A stretch of DNA of 64,000 nt, taken from contig JBOGKQ010000013.1 of assembly GCA_050747905.1 (NCBI GenBank), positions 3,529 through 67,528 on the forward strand, given 5' to 3'. Below are positions 29,088-37,445 of this stretch, piece by piece. The DNA comes from Terriglobales bacterium. Lineage in GTDB: Bacteria > Acidobacteriota > Terriglobia > Terriglobales > SCQP01. Below the pieces are notes generated by a model, which saw nothing but the letters and a program-made list of their open reading frames with translations, searched no databases and was not told where the DNA came from. The translations under genes and the position numbers were made by a program. Numbering within the stretch: position 1 is the first letter of the stretch; every line of letters starts with the position of its first letter.

Positions 29088-29474
29088 CTAATGCTTTTTC
29101 GACTCGAATAGCCTTTTGATCGCCTCCAGGCCGGCTTTTTGTCTCTTGACTTCCGCATCGCTGGCGCCGTCGATCGTAAGCTCGGCGTTAACGTCAAAGT
29201 CCTTTGGACGCCCATCCCTCTGCCACGCGGCGTGTAGCTCGGCGTGTCGAGCCCGTGCACTAACCAAACCGTGCAGGGCGACTGGCGCTGCCGGGCACAG
29301 ATTGCACAGTGGTTGGAGTGTGAAATATGGGGCGACGTCCCATCCTGCCTGGAACGCAGCGTCAGCGCTTTCGAATATTTCGGCATAACCGCAACAGAGA
29401 CATGTATACGTTGGCACGACTTCGGCACCTCGTCTTCTAGGCTTCTTCAGACCCAGGGACCGCCCGGGCTCCAC
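29088..29474 (-). CDS. Hypothetical Cys-rich protein
   Basis: 128-aa ORF with CLCCGY...CNLC. Overlaps the AbiEii 3' end by 28 nt, so the true start is probably internal. No recognisable family. Confidence 0.3.
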   Translation of the reverse strand: MEPGRSLGLKKPRRRGAEVVPTYTCLCCGYAEIFESADAAFQAGWDVAPYFTLQPLCNLCPAAPVALHGLVSARARHAELHAAWQRDGRPKDFDVNAELTIDGASDAEVKRQKAGLEAIKRLFESKKH

Positions 29475-30364
29475 TGCGCAGAAAACGGCTCCGCGGACCT
29501 GGCATATGCGAAGGGTTCGTAAAGGAAGCTCTGCAATTCTCGTACCACCTGCTCCAGGGATTCGAACTCGCTCTGTCGGCTTTTCATCACGAATGCCTTC
29601 CAGTTCGCCTGAGCCTTCGCATCCCGAATAAACCTCTCGCTGAGCGCCACAATCTCGCCATCCGGGAGAGGGGTGGCGCGGCGGCGAAACGTAGCACGGA
29701 GAGCAATGGCCAGCGATTCACCCTCAAAGGCAACGCGGCGGGCAGCCATGGCGAGGTCGCAAAAATCCTTCATCCGGCTATTCGAGATGCCGAGATCGAC
29801 CATGGCTTCGGCTTTCTCGGCCACGATAGTTTCTGTGGGATACGCGAGAACATGCGGCGCCACCATATCGGGGAGGAGTGTCGGAAATGCCAAGTCCAAT
29901 GCCGCAGGGGTGATCGCGTCGCCAAATCCGACGTCAATCTGGAGGTGGATGCGGGCGTCGGCAAGATTGGCCTGAATGACGGCACGCAGCCCGCCATAGC
30001 GATTGTCTTCCCGGATCGGATGCACCGCCAGAGTATTTGCATCGAAAACGAGTCCATCGTCATCAGCGCCCACGGAGACGATCTCGCGGAGTGCCGTATC
30101 GATGGCTGTCGCAGTGGTTTCACCCAAGCCGAGGAGATCAAGGTCTCTTGTGGCCCGATACTGTTCCCCGATGCGCACCGCGAATAGCATGGCACCCTTG
30201 AGGACAAACCGATCGCGGTACTTCGATATGGAAAGCCGATAGAGGAAACGCTCGGCGCCGTAGTTCATCAGCGTCAACGTAAAATCTTCGCGGCGCTCCT
30301 TGGCAATGTTCAAAAGGCGCGCCCTTACAGACGCGGAAACGTTCACCGGCGTCTTCCGTTTCAT
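29447..30364 (-). CDS. AbiEii/AbiGii-type nucleotidyltransferase toxin (type IV TA, DUF1814)
   Basis: SVRARLLNIAKERREDFTLTLMNYGAERFLYRLS...FVLKGAMLF...RATRDLDLL...IDVGFGD is the typical AbiEii N-terminal and NTase pattern. Confidence 0.85.
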   Translation of the reverse strand: MKRKTPVNVSASVRARLLNIAKERREDFTLTLMNYGAERFLYRLSISKYRDRFVLKGAMLFAVRIGEQYRATRDLDLLGLGETTATAIDTALREIVSVGADDDGLVFDANTLAVHPIREDNRYGGLRAVIQANLADARIHLQIDVGFGDAITPAALDLAFPTLLPDMVAPHVLAYPTETIVAEKAEAMVDLGISNSRMKDFCDLAMAARRVAFEGESLAIALRATFRRRATPLPDGEIVALSERFIRDAKAQANWKAFVMKSRQSEFESLEQVVRELQSFLYEPFAYARSAEPFSAQWSPGGPWV

Positions 30365-30957
30365 GACATCCCGTCCCAGTAAGGGCGCATGACTTTGGCA
30401 ACCCTCAGTCGATGCGCCTCACGCCACAGATCATCAACCGTGCCCTTGCGCAGGCGGCGATAGTCTCTAAGGGCCTCGACGGCGACATCAATGCCAATTC
30501 TGTTGCGGAACTTGAAGCAGTCCGCCACCGTCCTTGCCGGACTCGTCACGCGCACCTTGACACCGTCGATATTGTGGACTTCGATGCCCCCCGCTAGGGC
30601 TGCGCCCGAGACTCGGACAGTTCGGACCGGCGTGAAGTCTACTCGTGGTATTCCTGCGCGTCTGTCTACCGCGAGCCAAACCTCACGGGGATTCTCGGTA
30701 CCGAGGCTATGAAACCGAAGCGCGGTGAGCAGACAGAACGTGGCTTTAGGGACGCGTTTCGCCACTTCTGCCAGTGTGTGGTGTTCGGTCAGCTTAATGG
30801 TAGGTAGTGCATACAGTCCGCGCCCGACCCGCGTCAGTTCCCCCCGGCGCGTCAGCCGACGAACATGCTCGGGGTGGACGCCAACGGCTGTGGCTTCGGA
30901 CAGCCGAAACAGCCGTTTTTTTTGAGCCAGCCGAAGAATGCGTGCCTGGGGCTCCAT
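30361..30957 (-). CDS. AbiEi-family antitoxin/transcriptional regulator
   Basis: VRRLTRRGELTRVGRGLYAL...CLLTALRFHSLGT...ITSPARTVADCF. 4-nt overlap with the AbiEii start. Start taken at MEPQARIL. Confidence 0.85.
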   Translation of the reverse strand: MEPQARILRLAQKKRLFRLSEATAVGVHPEHVRRLTRRGELTRVGRGLYALPTIKLTEHHTLAEVAKRVPKATFCLLTALRFHSLGTENPREVWLAVDRRAGIPRVDFTPVRTVRVSGAALAGGIEVHNIDGVKVRVTSPARTVADCFKFRNRIGIDVAVEALRDYRRLRKGTVDDLWREAHRLRVAKVMRPYWDGMS

Positions 30958-31197
30958 CGCAATGTGTAATATTACTACCATTTGAATTTAAATGGTAGCG
31001 ATTCGACACGTCCGACCGGACGCCGGTTCGTCGAAACGGATTCCGCCCACATCGGAGCACCAACCTTGGTTACCACCCCGCAAAGGCGGTAACCGTTCAT
31101 GGTCCATTCATGGTCCAGTAGCCGTTCCCCAGGGTGCCAAACACGGTTTTGGGAGCCACCCGTGCCGTTGATTGTCAATGGGTTACGTGCAGTGGCG

Positions 31198-31261
31198 GCC
31201 CTTTCACGGCGATAACACGGGTTCGAATCCCGTCGGGGACGCCAACAAAATAAAGAGCTTA
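31198..31261 (+). repeat. 64-bp direct repeat, right copy (tRNA-Glu 3' fragment); attR-like
   Basis: Identical to 27954-28017. Lacks the tRNA 5' half, so it is not a functional tRNA. Confidence 0.9.
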
Positions 31262-31262
31262 A

Positions 31263-31302
31263 GTTGGGGACCCTTGGCCCCAGCCCGGCGCTGCGCCTCG
31301 CT
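31263..31302 (+). repeat. Dispersed repeat family, core-module fragment
   Basis: gttggggacccttggccccagcccggcgctgcgcctcgc matches module ii (gggttgggggcccttggccccaacccgacgctgcgcctcgc). Confidence 0.6.
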
Positions 31303-31310
31303 GAGCGCGG

Positions 31311-32196
31311 TCAGGGCGTGGCCAGGGCGATATCGAGCGTGCGCAGGCGCTCTGGAGTGCCGATGACCTCCATGGCGGCGATGCGGTCGCCGGCAAAGGT
31401 GAAGCGCAGCACGCGTGCCAGCTTGCCGCGAGGAGCGACGACGGCGCCGATTTCGCCATTCACCAGCGCCGGACGTGTGAAGCGCGTGCCGGCGCGGTAT
31501 GTCATGGCCTGCGCCGCCCAGGCGCGCGCGCCGTGGACGGCGGCGCCGGCCGCGGCAGCGCCGCCGGGCAGATCGGCGGTCACGGCGAAATTGGGATCGA
31601 GCACCGCGACCACGGCTTCGAGGTCGCCGGCGCGAAGCGCCGCAAGAAAGGTTTCCACCAGACGGCGCTGGCGGCCGAGTGGCGCCGAACCGGGGCGCGG
31701 ACCGACGCGAACACGGCGGCGGGCGCGGCTGGCGAGCTGGCGCGCCGCTTCGGGGGAACGGCCCAGGACGGAGGCGATTTCGGCGAACGAGACGGCGAAC
31801 AGATCGTGCAGCACGAACGCCAGCCGCTCAGCGGGCGCAAGGCGGTCGAGCACGACCATCAACGCAAGCCCGACGGCGTCGGCCAGCGCCGCTTCCTGCT
31901 CGGGGTCGCGGCGCCCGGCCTTGGGTTTCGCGCTCGGGCGCGCCTTCGAGCGCGGTTTCGCGCCGGCCGGCGCGGCCGCGCAACTGGTCGAGACAGATGC
32001 GGGACACCACGGTGGTAAGCCAGGCGGAGAGGTTCTCGATCCCCGGCGCGTCGGCCCGGCTGAGACGCAGCCAAGCCTCCTGCACCGCGTCGTCGGCTTC
32101 GGTGCCCGAGCCCAGCAGACGGTAGGCCACGCCGTGCAACCGGGCGCGGTTCTGCTCGAATTGCTGGGCGAGAAAATCTGCCCCCGCGCCGGTCAC
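31311..32196 (-). pseudogene. ECF sigma-70 factor (SigJ/ECF41-like with SnoaL-like C-terminal domain), frameshifted
   Basis: The N-terminal ORF (31828-32196) reads AQQFEQNRARLHGVAYRLLGSGTEADDAVQEAWLRL...LTTVVSRICLDQLR. The C-terminal ORF (31311-31862), in the +1 frame, reads DPEQEAALADAVGLALMVVLDRLAPAERLAFVLHDLF...SPEAARQLASRARRRV. The frame switch maps to about 31905-31947. Confidence 0.75.
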
Positions 32197-32290
32197 AGTT
32201 GCCTTCCCGGTTTCGTCATCCTCATGTAATCAAGACGCAGGCCAGCCGACGGGCGTGACCGCCGGCGGCAAGAAAAAGGAGACCATCGCC

Positions 32291-32779
32291 ATGGAAGCCC
32301 GCCTTAAGAATGCCATCTACCAGATCCCCGGCGCGCTGGACACGCTGCAAGCCTTCGGCAAGCTGCCGGAAAAAGCCGGGTTGCCCCTGCACATCGCCCA
32401 CGTGGTGCACTTGCGCGCCAGCCAGATCAACGGTTGCAGCGTGTGCGTGGACATGCACTGGCGCGAGGCCAAGCAGACGGGCGAGACCGACGAGCGCCTG
32501 TTCGCCGTCGCCGCCTGGCGCGACGCGCCCTATTTCACCGACGCCGAGCGGGCGGCGCTCGCGCTTACCGAAGCGGTAACGCGGATCGCGGACAGCAGCG
32601 ATCCCGTGCCCGACGCCGTTTGGAACGAAGCGGCACGCCACTTCGACGATCACGCGCTCGCCGGCCTCGTGCTCGCCATCGCCGTCATCAACACCTTCAA
32701 CCGCATCAACGTCGCGACGCGCCAAGTGGCCGGCGAATGGATCAAGGCGCAGCAAGCCCGCAAGCCCTCCGCCGCCTAG
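32291..32779 (+). CDS. Carboxymuconolactone decarboxylase (AhpD-like) family protein
   Basis: HLRASQINGCSVCVDMH carries the CxxC of the AhpD/CMD fold. Also FTDAERAALALTEAVT. Start taken at MEARLKN. Confidence 0.85.
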   Translation: MEARLKNAIYQIPGALDTLQAFGKLPEKAGLPLHIAHVVHLRASQINGCSVCVDMHWREAKQTGETDERLFAVAAWRDAPYFTDAERAALALTEAVTRIADSSDPVPDAVWNEAARHFDDHALAGLVLAIAVINTFNRINVATRQVAGEWIKAQQARKPSAA

Positions 32780-32920
32780 CTAGTACTACTGCGTTACAAG
32801 AAGCCACGGAGACAACCAGGACAGCGGGGCAGGGCGTGGGCGAGTTGGAGACCCCCGCGTATCCACCCAGCGGCGAAGGGTAGGGGCGCTGGGCGGCCAA
32901 TTGGCCGGCAGCGCGAGGCT

Positions 32921-33655
32921 TCACGCCGCTTGGGGTTGCAGCGGAAGCGGGCGGCCGGGGATGGCGGCTGACGCGGACCGCCAATTCTCGAACGGAGCGC
33001 GGCGGCTGAGGCGGACGGATTCGAGCAGGTCGCGGACGATGGCCCGGCGGGTGAGGATGCAGGCTTCAAGGCACGCTAATTCGTCGGCGGCTGCCCACTC
33101 CGGCGGAATCGCCGCCATGACTGCGTGCAACTTGGCCTCTGAGAACTGCTCGATCCGGGACAGCCACGGCTCGAACGCATCCCAGCCGGTGATGGTCTGA
33201 TAGGCACCGTTGCGCGAGTAGACGCCGCGAAGCTGGCTATCTGGGAACGTCCAGTCGCCGGCGTTGAATACGAATCCCCAATCAATGAAGTAGGCCAGCA
33301 TACGGGCGCGCGGTTTGGGGCGGCAAAACACTACCTGGCGTCCGTCGCATTGGCACAGCCATTTGTCCACGGCCAGCACGCCGGCAAACTCGGTCAGGTT
33401 GTGGACGGATTCCATGTGCGCTTCGGGCAGGTAATCGTATTTCGGGGCATCGGGATTGCCGGTCGGCACCCGCGAGGCAAATGCCAGTCCAGCCACGGGC
33501 CGTTCTTCTCTCCTGCTGCTACAGCGGAATACCATCGCGGAATTCCGCTCAATCATGTCCGGCGAAGCGTCCATGATCTCGAAGTCCAGCACGGTCGCTG
33601 TCCTCGGATAGAAGCTGGGCTTGCGAGCCGCCGCGCATGGGACGGATGTATTCAT
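32921..33655 (-). CDS. HipA-like kinase family protein (putative)
   Basis: VLAVDKWLCQCDGRQ...AYFIDWGFVFNAGDW...IPPEWAAA resembles the F-D-x-W-x-x-N-x-D-R ... IDHG pattern of HipA-like kinases, but key residues differ. No HipB partner seen. Confidence 0.4.
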   Translation of the reverse strand: MNTSVPCAAARKPSFYPRTATVLDFEIMDASPDMIERNSAMVFRCSSRREERPVAGLAFASRVPTGNPDAPKYDYLPEAHMESVHNLTEFAGVLAVDKWLCQCDGRQVVFCRPKPRARMLAYFIDWGFVFNAGDWTFPDSQLRGVYSRNGAYQTITGWDAFEPWLSRIEQFSEAKLHAVMAAIPPEWAAADELACLEACILTRRAIVRDLLESVRLSRRAPFENWRSASAAIPGRPLPLQPQAA

Positions 33656-33734
33656 TGGCGCGAATCATGGAATGCCTCCCCGGCCCGCTGCGGTCCGTGA
33701 TGCAGGACCGCAACAAGCCGCTGGAAATCGGGCG

Positions 33735-34670
33735 TTAGTTGGCCTTGGTCTCGGTAAGCGCCGCGATGATTTGGGAGGCAACGCGGGTGATGGATTCCAG
33801 CGATTCGCGGAGGGTGTCGCGGTCGCCATCGTAAAGGCTGATGTAGTCGGCGGAAGCGGTATTCATGTCCAAACCGACAGACAGTCCCACCGCGTAGGCC
33901 ACGGCCTCGGCTTCGGTTTCCTTGACCTTGCGGCTCAGTTCCTTTCGCCGTTCCCCGTCGTGCAGCAGTTCGTGTGCGAGTTCATGCACCAGCACGGAGA
34001 ATTCGCGGGCCGGTTCCAAGCCAGCGAGAATGTAGACCTTGCCCTTGGCGCTCAGCCCTTCCGCGCCGTCCAGGTTCTCCTTGTACTCCAGCGCGATGCC
34101 CTTCCGCTCGTACAGCGCCCTGATTCCTTCGAGGTCGCCTTCGAGGTTGGCCCCCGGATCGCCTTCCGCCTGGGGCGCGGATGGCAGCGGCTCCCCCACG
34201 GTCTGCGCCACATCGAACACATAGGCCACGCGGAAGCCGCACACCCGCTGCGAAGAGCCTTCCTGCGCATCTTCGGGGTCCGGCCGCTTTGTCAGGATGG
34301 GAGCCAAAATGTGGATGGCCCTTTCGTCCTTGCAAACCTGCCGTCCCAACGCCTGCCAGCGTTGGTACCCGGCGACATGGGTTGACTCGGGCCGCTGCGC
34401 GAGGATCAGAAGCTGGTTGCAAAAGCTGTAGCGATGAAACCGCGACATGACGCCCAGGTACTGCTGTATGGCATCGCTCCGGCCAGCTTCCAGCGCGTCC
34501 GCCAGCCGGTTGATAGCCTCTTCGCAGAGGATTTGCGCCTTGCTCTTTTTCTCAGGGGCATTTCTCTCAGCGCCCCCGCGCGCGCCGCCTGTGGACTCCG
34601 CCGGAAGCGTTGAGCCCGTGGCGGGCTGGAAGGAAGAAGTGCTTTCGGTGGTGATGATTTGAGAATTCAT
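33735..34670 (-). CDS. ardC: ArdC-like antirestriction protein (ssDNA-binding N-domain plus HExxH metalloprotease)
   Basis: RFHRYSFCNQLLILAQRP...GYQRWQALGRQVCKDERAIHILAP is a DUF1738-type N-domain. LVHELAHELLH is the zincin motif. Start MNSQ (cat 34668-34670) is preceded by GGAG. Confidence 0.85.
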   Translation of the reverse strand: MNSQIITTESTSSFQPATGSTLPAESTGGARGGAERNAPEKKSKAQILCEEAINRLADALEAGRSDAIQQYLGVMSRFHRYSFCNQLLILAQRPESTHVAGYQRWQALGRQVCKDERAIHILAPILTKRPDPEDAQEGSSQRVCGFRVAYVFDVAQTVGEPLPSAPQAEGDPGANLEGDLEGIRALYERKGIALEYKENLDGAEGLSAKGKVYILAGLEPAREFSVLVHELAHELLHDGERRKELSRKVKETEAEAVAYAVGLSVGLDMNTASADYISLYDGDRDTLRESLESITRVASQIIAALTETKAN

Positions 34671-34953
34671 GGTGTGCTCCTTTTTCTGCCCCGAAGCCTT
34701 TGGTGCGGGGCGCCCAAGGGCGAAGCGGGCCGCTCCCAAGGCCAAGGGCTGCATTCTTGGGGGGACCAGCGCAGCGTATGGGGGAGCCAAGAAAGCAGAA
34801 GCCCGCCGTGCCGCCAGGGCGCGGCAGTAGTCCGCTGAAGCCAGCGCCGCACCGGAGAGCGCAGGGGCGGGAGGGCACACCAGTCTCAATCACCGGCCGA
34901 AATCAACTGGATTGTCGGTCGCAGGAGGCACGGGCTGGATATCGGGGGGATCT

Positions 34954-35085
34954 CAAAAGCTGTAGTGATGAAACTGCGACATGACGCCGAAGAAATGCAG
35001 CATGGCATCGTGCTGGTCGGCTTCCATCGCATCCGCCCGCCGCTTGATCGCCGTTTCGCAGAGGATTTGCGCCTTGCTCGTTTTC
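34954..35085 (-). pseudogene. Truncated second ArdC N-terminal fragment
   Basis: About three quarters identical by eye to 34420-34550. Reads ...KAQILCETAIKRRADAMEADQHDAMLHFFGVMSQFHHYSF* and ends abruptly. Confidence 0.6.
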
Positions 35086-35184
35086 ACAGCGCCCCTTTCG
35101 GGGGCAAAGCCAAAGGCGCTCGCTTGCGACGCATCGAGATCGAGGTCCCGGTTGAGGTGGCGGGCTATACTGCCACTACCGCCA

Positions 35185-35841
35185 ATGAGCCTGATCAGGT
35201 CAAAGAAACGTGTTGCCGATCATGGAGAGGTTTTCACCCCTCCGTGGCTGGTCGAGGCGATGCTCGACCTCGTCAAGGGTGAGTCCGAGCGCATTGACTC
35301 GCGCTTCCTGGAGCCGGCGTGCGGTAGCGGAAACTTCCTCGTCCGGATTCTGCGACGCAAGCTCGCCGCCGTACAGATCAAGTACGGCAAGTCGGACTTC
35401 GAGCGCCGGAACTACGCCCTGCTCGCACTGATGTGCATCTACGGCATCGAGTTGTTGGGGGACAACGTTGCCGAATGCCGCGCGAACCTGCTCGAGATTT
35501 TCGCTGATTACCTGAACTTGGATGAACCGGGCGAACTATCCCGCGCAGCGTGCTGCGTACTGTCGCAGAATGTCGTGCATGGCGACGCGCTGGCGATGCG
35601 TGCCTCCGATGGCCAACCAATAACCTTTGCCGAGTGGGGCTACCTCGGCGCGGGCAAGTTTCAGCGGCGCGATTTCCGGCTCGACATCCTTACCGGTGCG
35701 TCCGCCTTCAGCGCGGAGGGCTCCCTCTTCGCCCACTTGGGCAAGCATGAAATCTTCACCCCGGATAAGACCTACCCGCCAATGACCGTGAGCGAGCTGG
35801 CCGCCGCCGCACACGGCGGCACGCCGAAGGAGGCCGCATGA
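35185..35841 (+). CDS. Methyltransferase-like SAM-binding protein lacking the NPPY catalytic motif
   Basis: GEVFTPPWLVEAMLDL (motif X), FLEPACGSGNFL (motif I), IYGIELL. No (D/N/S)PP(Y/F) anywhere in the 218 aa. ATGA overlap with the next gene. Confidence 0.6.
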   Translation: MSLIRSKKRVADHGEVFTPPWLVEAMLDLVKGESERIDSRFLEPACGSGNFLVRILRRKLAAVQIKYGKSDFERRNYALLALMCIYGIELLGDNVAECRANLLEIFADYLNLDEPGELSRAACCVLSQNVVHGDALAMRASDGQPITFAEWGYLGAGKFQRRDFRLDILTGASAFSAEGSLFAHLGKHEIFTPDKTYPPMTVSELAAAAHGGTPKEAA

Positions 35842-37445
35842 GCACGCAGGTTGGTTTTGCGCTGCGCGGCCGCAATCCGGATGTGCTTACGTGCATCGCG
35901 AACCTCTCAAATGACGAGGTGTTCACGCCCCCCGAGTTTGCGAACCGGATGCTGGACACGTTGACCGAGGCATGGGCCGCGAACCACAGTGGCGCGGATA
36001 TTTGGGCGGACGGGACGGCGACGTTCCTCGATCCGTGCACGAAATCAGGCGTCTTCCTGCGCGAGATCACCAGCCGCCTTAACAAGGGTTTGGCCGGTGA
36101 AATCCCGAACAGTCAGGAGCGCGTCGATCACATCCTGAACAAGCAGGTGTTCGGCATCGGGATCACGTATCTCACAAGCTTGCTGGCGCGTCGCAGCTTG
36201 TATTGCTCGAAACACGCCAACGGCGAGCATTCGATCACGAGGGGCTTCGAGAGCGACGCCGGCAACATTTGGTTCGAGCGTATCGAGCACGCGTGGGCGG
36301 GTGGCAAATGCAGGTACTGCGGGGCGAGCCAGAAGGCATTGGACCGCGGCGAGGCGCTCGAGACCCACGCCTACGGTTTTATTCACACCGGCGAAATCAA
36401 AGCTCGGATCGCCGAGCTGTTTGGAGGCGAAATGCAGTTCGACGTGATCATCGGCAACCCGCCGTACCAATTGGACGACGGCGGCTATGGCACAAGCGCG
36501 GCGCCGATTTACCAGTTGTTCGTGGAGAAGGCGCTCGAGCTCGATCCGCGCTACGCTGTGTTTGTGACGCCGTCGCGCTGGATGGCCGGGGGTAAGGGGC
36601 TCGACAAATACCGCGAGCGGATGCTCTCCGACAAGCGGATACGGCGTATCGTTGACTACCCGAAACTCTACGAGGGATTTCCGGGAGTGAAAATTCGCGG
36701 CGGCATTTCCTATTTTTTGTGGGACCGCGAACACCGCGGGCCGTGCATGGTGCAGACGATTTGGGACGGCCAGCCGACTGGCCCGGCGGTTGCGCGCCAC
36801 CTGGACGAGTTCGACGTCCTCGTTCGGCGCAACGAGGCTGTGCCAATTCTGAAAAAGATTAGGGCCAGAGGCGAGCCCACGCTCGATCGGAGCGTCTCCA
36901 GCCGTAAGCCGTTCGGATTCGCCACGAATTTCAGAGGGAAGCCGTCCGCGGCGGGTTTGAAGAGGCCCGTAAAGCTCTTCGAGAACCAGCGGGTCGGCTG
37001 GGTCGAACGAAAGGCTATTGCCGTTAACTCCGAATGGATTGACGACTGGAAGGTTCTCATGACGGCTGTCCAGGGGACGAGCGCGGCCGTCGAGACCAAG
37101 TTTTTGAGCAAGCCAGTCATCGCCGAGCCGGGAACAGCGTGTAGCGAGACGTATCTTGTCGCTGGCCATTTTGAGACCGAGAAAGAAGCGACCAACTTTG
37201 CGCGCTACCTGCGTGCTCGGCTTGTGCGCTTTCTAGTCTCACTGCGCAAGCCCACCCAGCACGCGACGCGCGACGTTTATTCTTTCGTCCCGCAGCTCCC
37301 GCTCGATCGTGTCTGGACAGACGCCAAGCTCTACAAGAGGTACGGGCTAACCAAGGCCGAGATCGCCTTCATCGAGTCGCAGGTCGCCGAACACGATGGC
37401 GAATTATTCGACGAGGTCGCTGTGGGCGAAACCGAGAATGAGTAG
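35838..37445 (+). CDS. N6-adenine DNA methyltransferase (Eco57I-methylase-domain type, gamma-class order)
   Basis: NDEVFTPPEFANRML, FLDPCTKSGVFL and FDVIIGNPPYQ (motif IV). Long C-terminal domain, presumably for target recognition. GAAGGAGG lies upstream. Confidence 0.85.
   Translation: MSTQVGFALRGRNPDVLTCIANLSNDEVFTPPEFANRMLDTLTEAWAANHSGADIWADGTATFLDPCTKSGVFLREITSRLNKGLAGEIPNSQERVDHILNKQVFGIGITYLTSLLARRSLYCSKHANGEHSITRGFESDAGNIWFERIEHAWAGGKCRYCGASQKALDRGEALETHAYGFIHTGEIKARIAELFGGEMQFDVIIGNPPYQLDDGGYGTSAAPIYQLFVEKALELDPRYAVFVTPSRWMAGGKGLDKYRERMLSDKRIRRIVDYPKLYEGFPGVKIRGGISYFLWDREHRGPCMVQTIWDGQPTGPAVARHLDEFDVLVRRNEAVPILKKIRARGEPTLDRSVSSRKPFGFATNFRGKPSAAGLKRPVKLFENQRVGWVERKAIAVNSEWIDDWKVLMTAVQGTSAAVETKFLSKPVIAEPGTACSETYLVAGHFETEKEATNFARYLRARLVRFLVSLRKPTQHATRDVYSFVPQLPLDRVWTDAKLYKRYGLTKAEIAFIESQVAEHDGELFDEVAVGETENE

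Larger units (their letters stand above)
28018..31197. mobile_element. tRNA-Glu-associated 3.2-kb genomic islet (integrase-less) carrying AbiE-type TA genes
   Basis: Bounded by the perfect 64-bp direct repeat. Cargo is AbiEi/AbiEii plus an AbiEi-like pseudogene. No integrase ORF in any frame. ATGGTCCA iterons lie near both ends. Confidence 0.7.

Noticed and set aside
31264-32229. A 321-aa plus-strand ORF.
   Set aside because: It is antisense to the ECF sigma factor pseudogene and is extremely Arg/Ala/Ser-rich.
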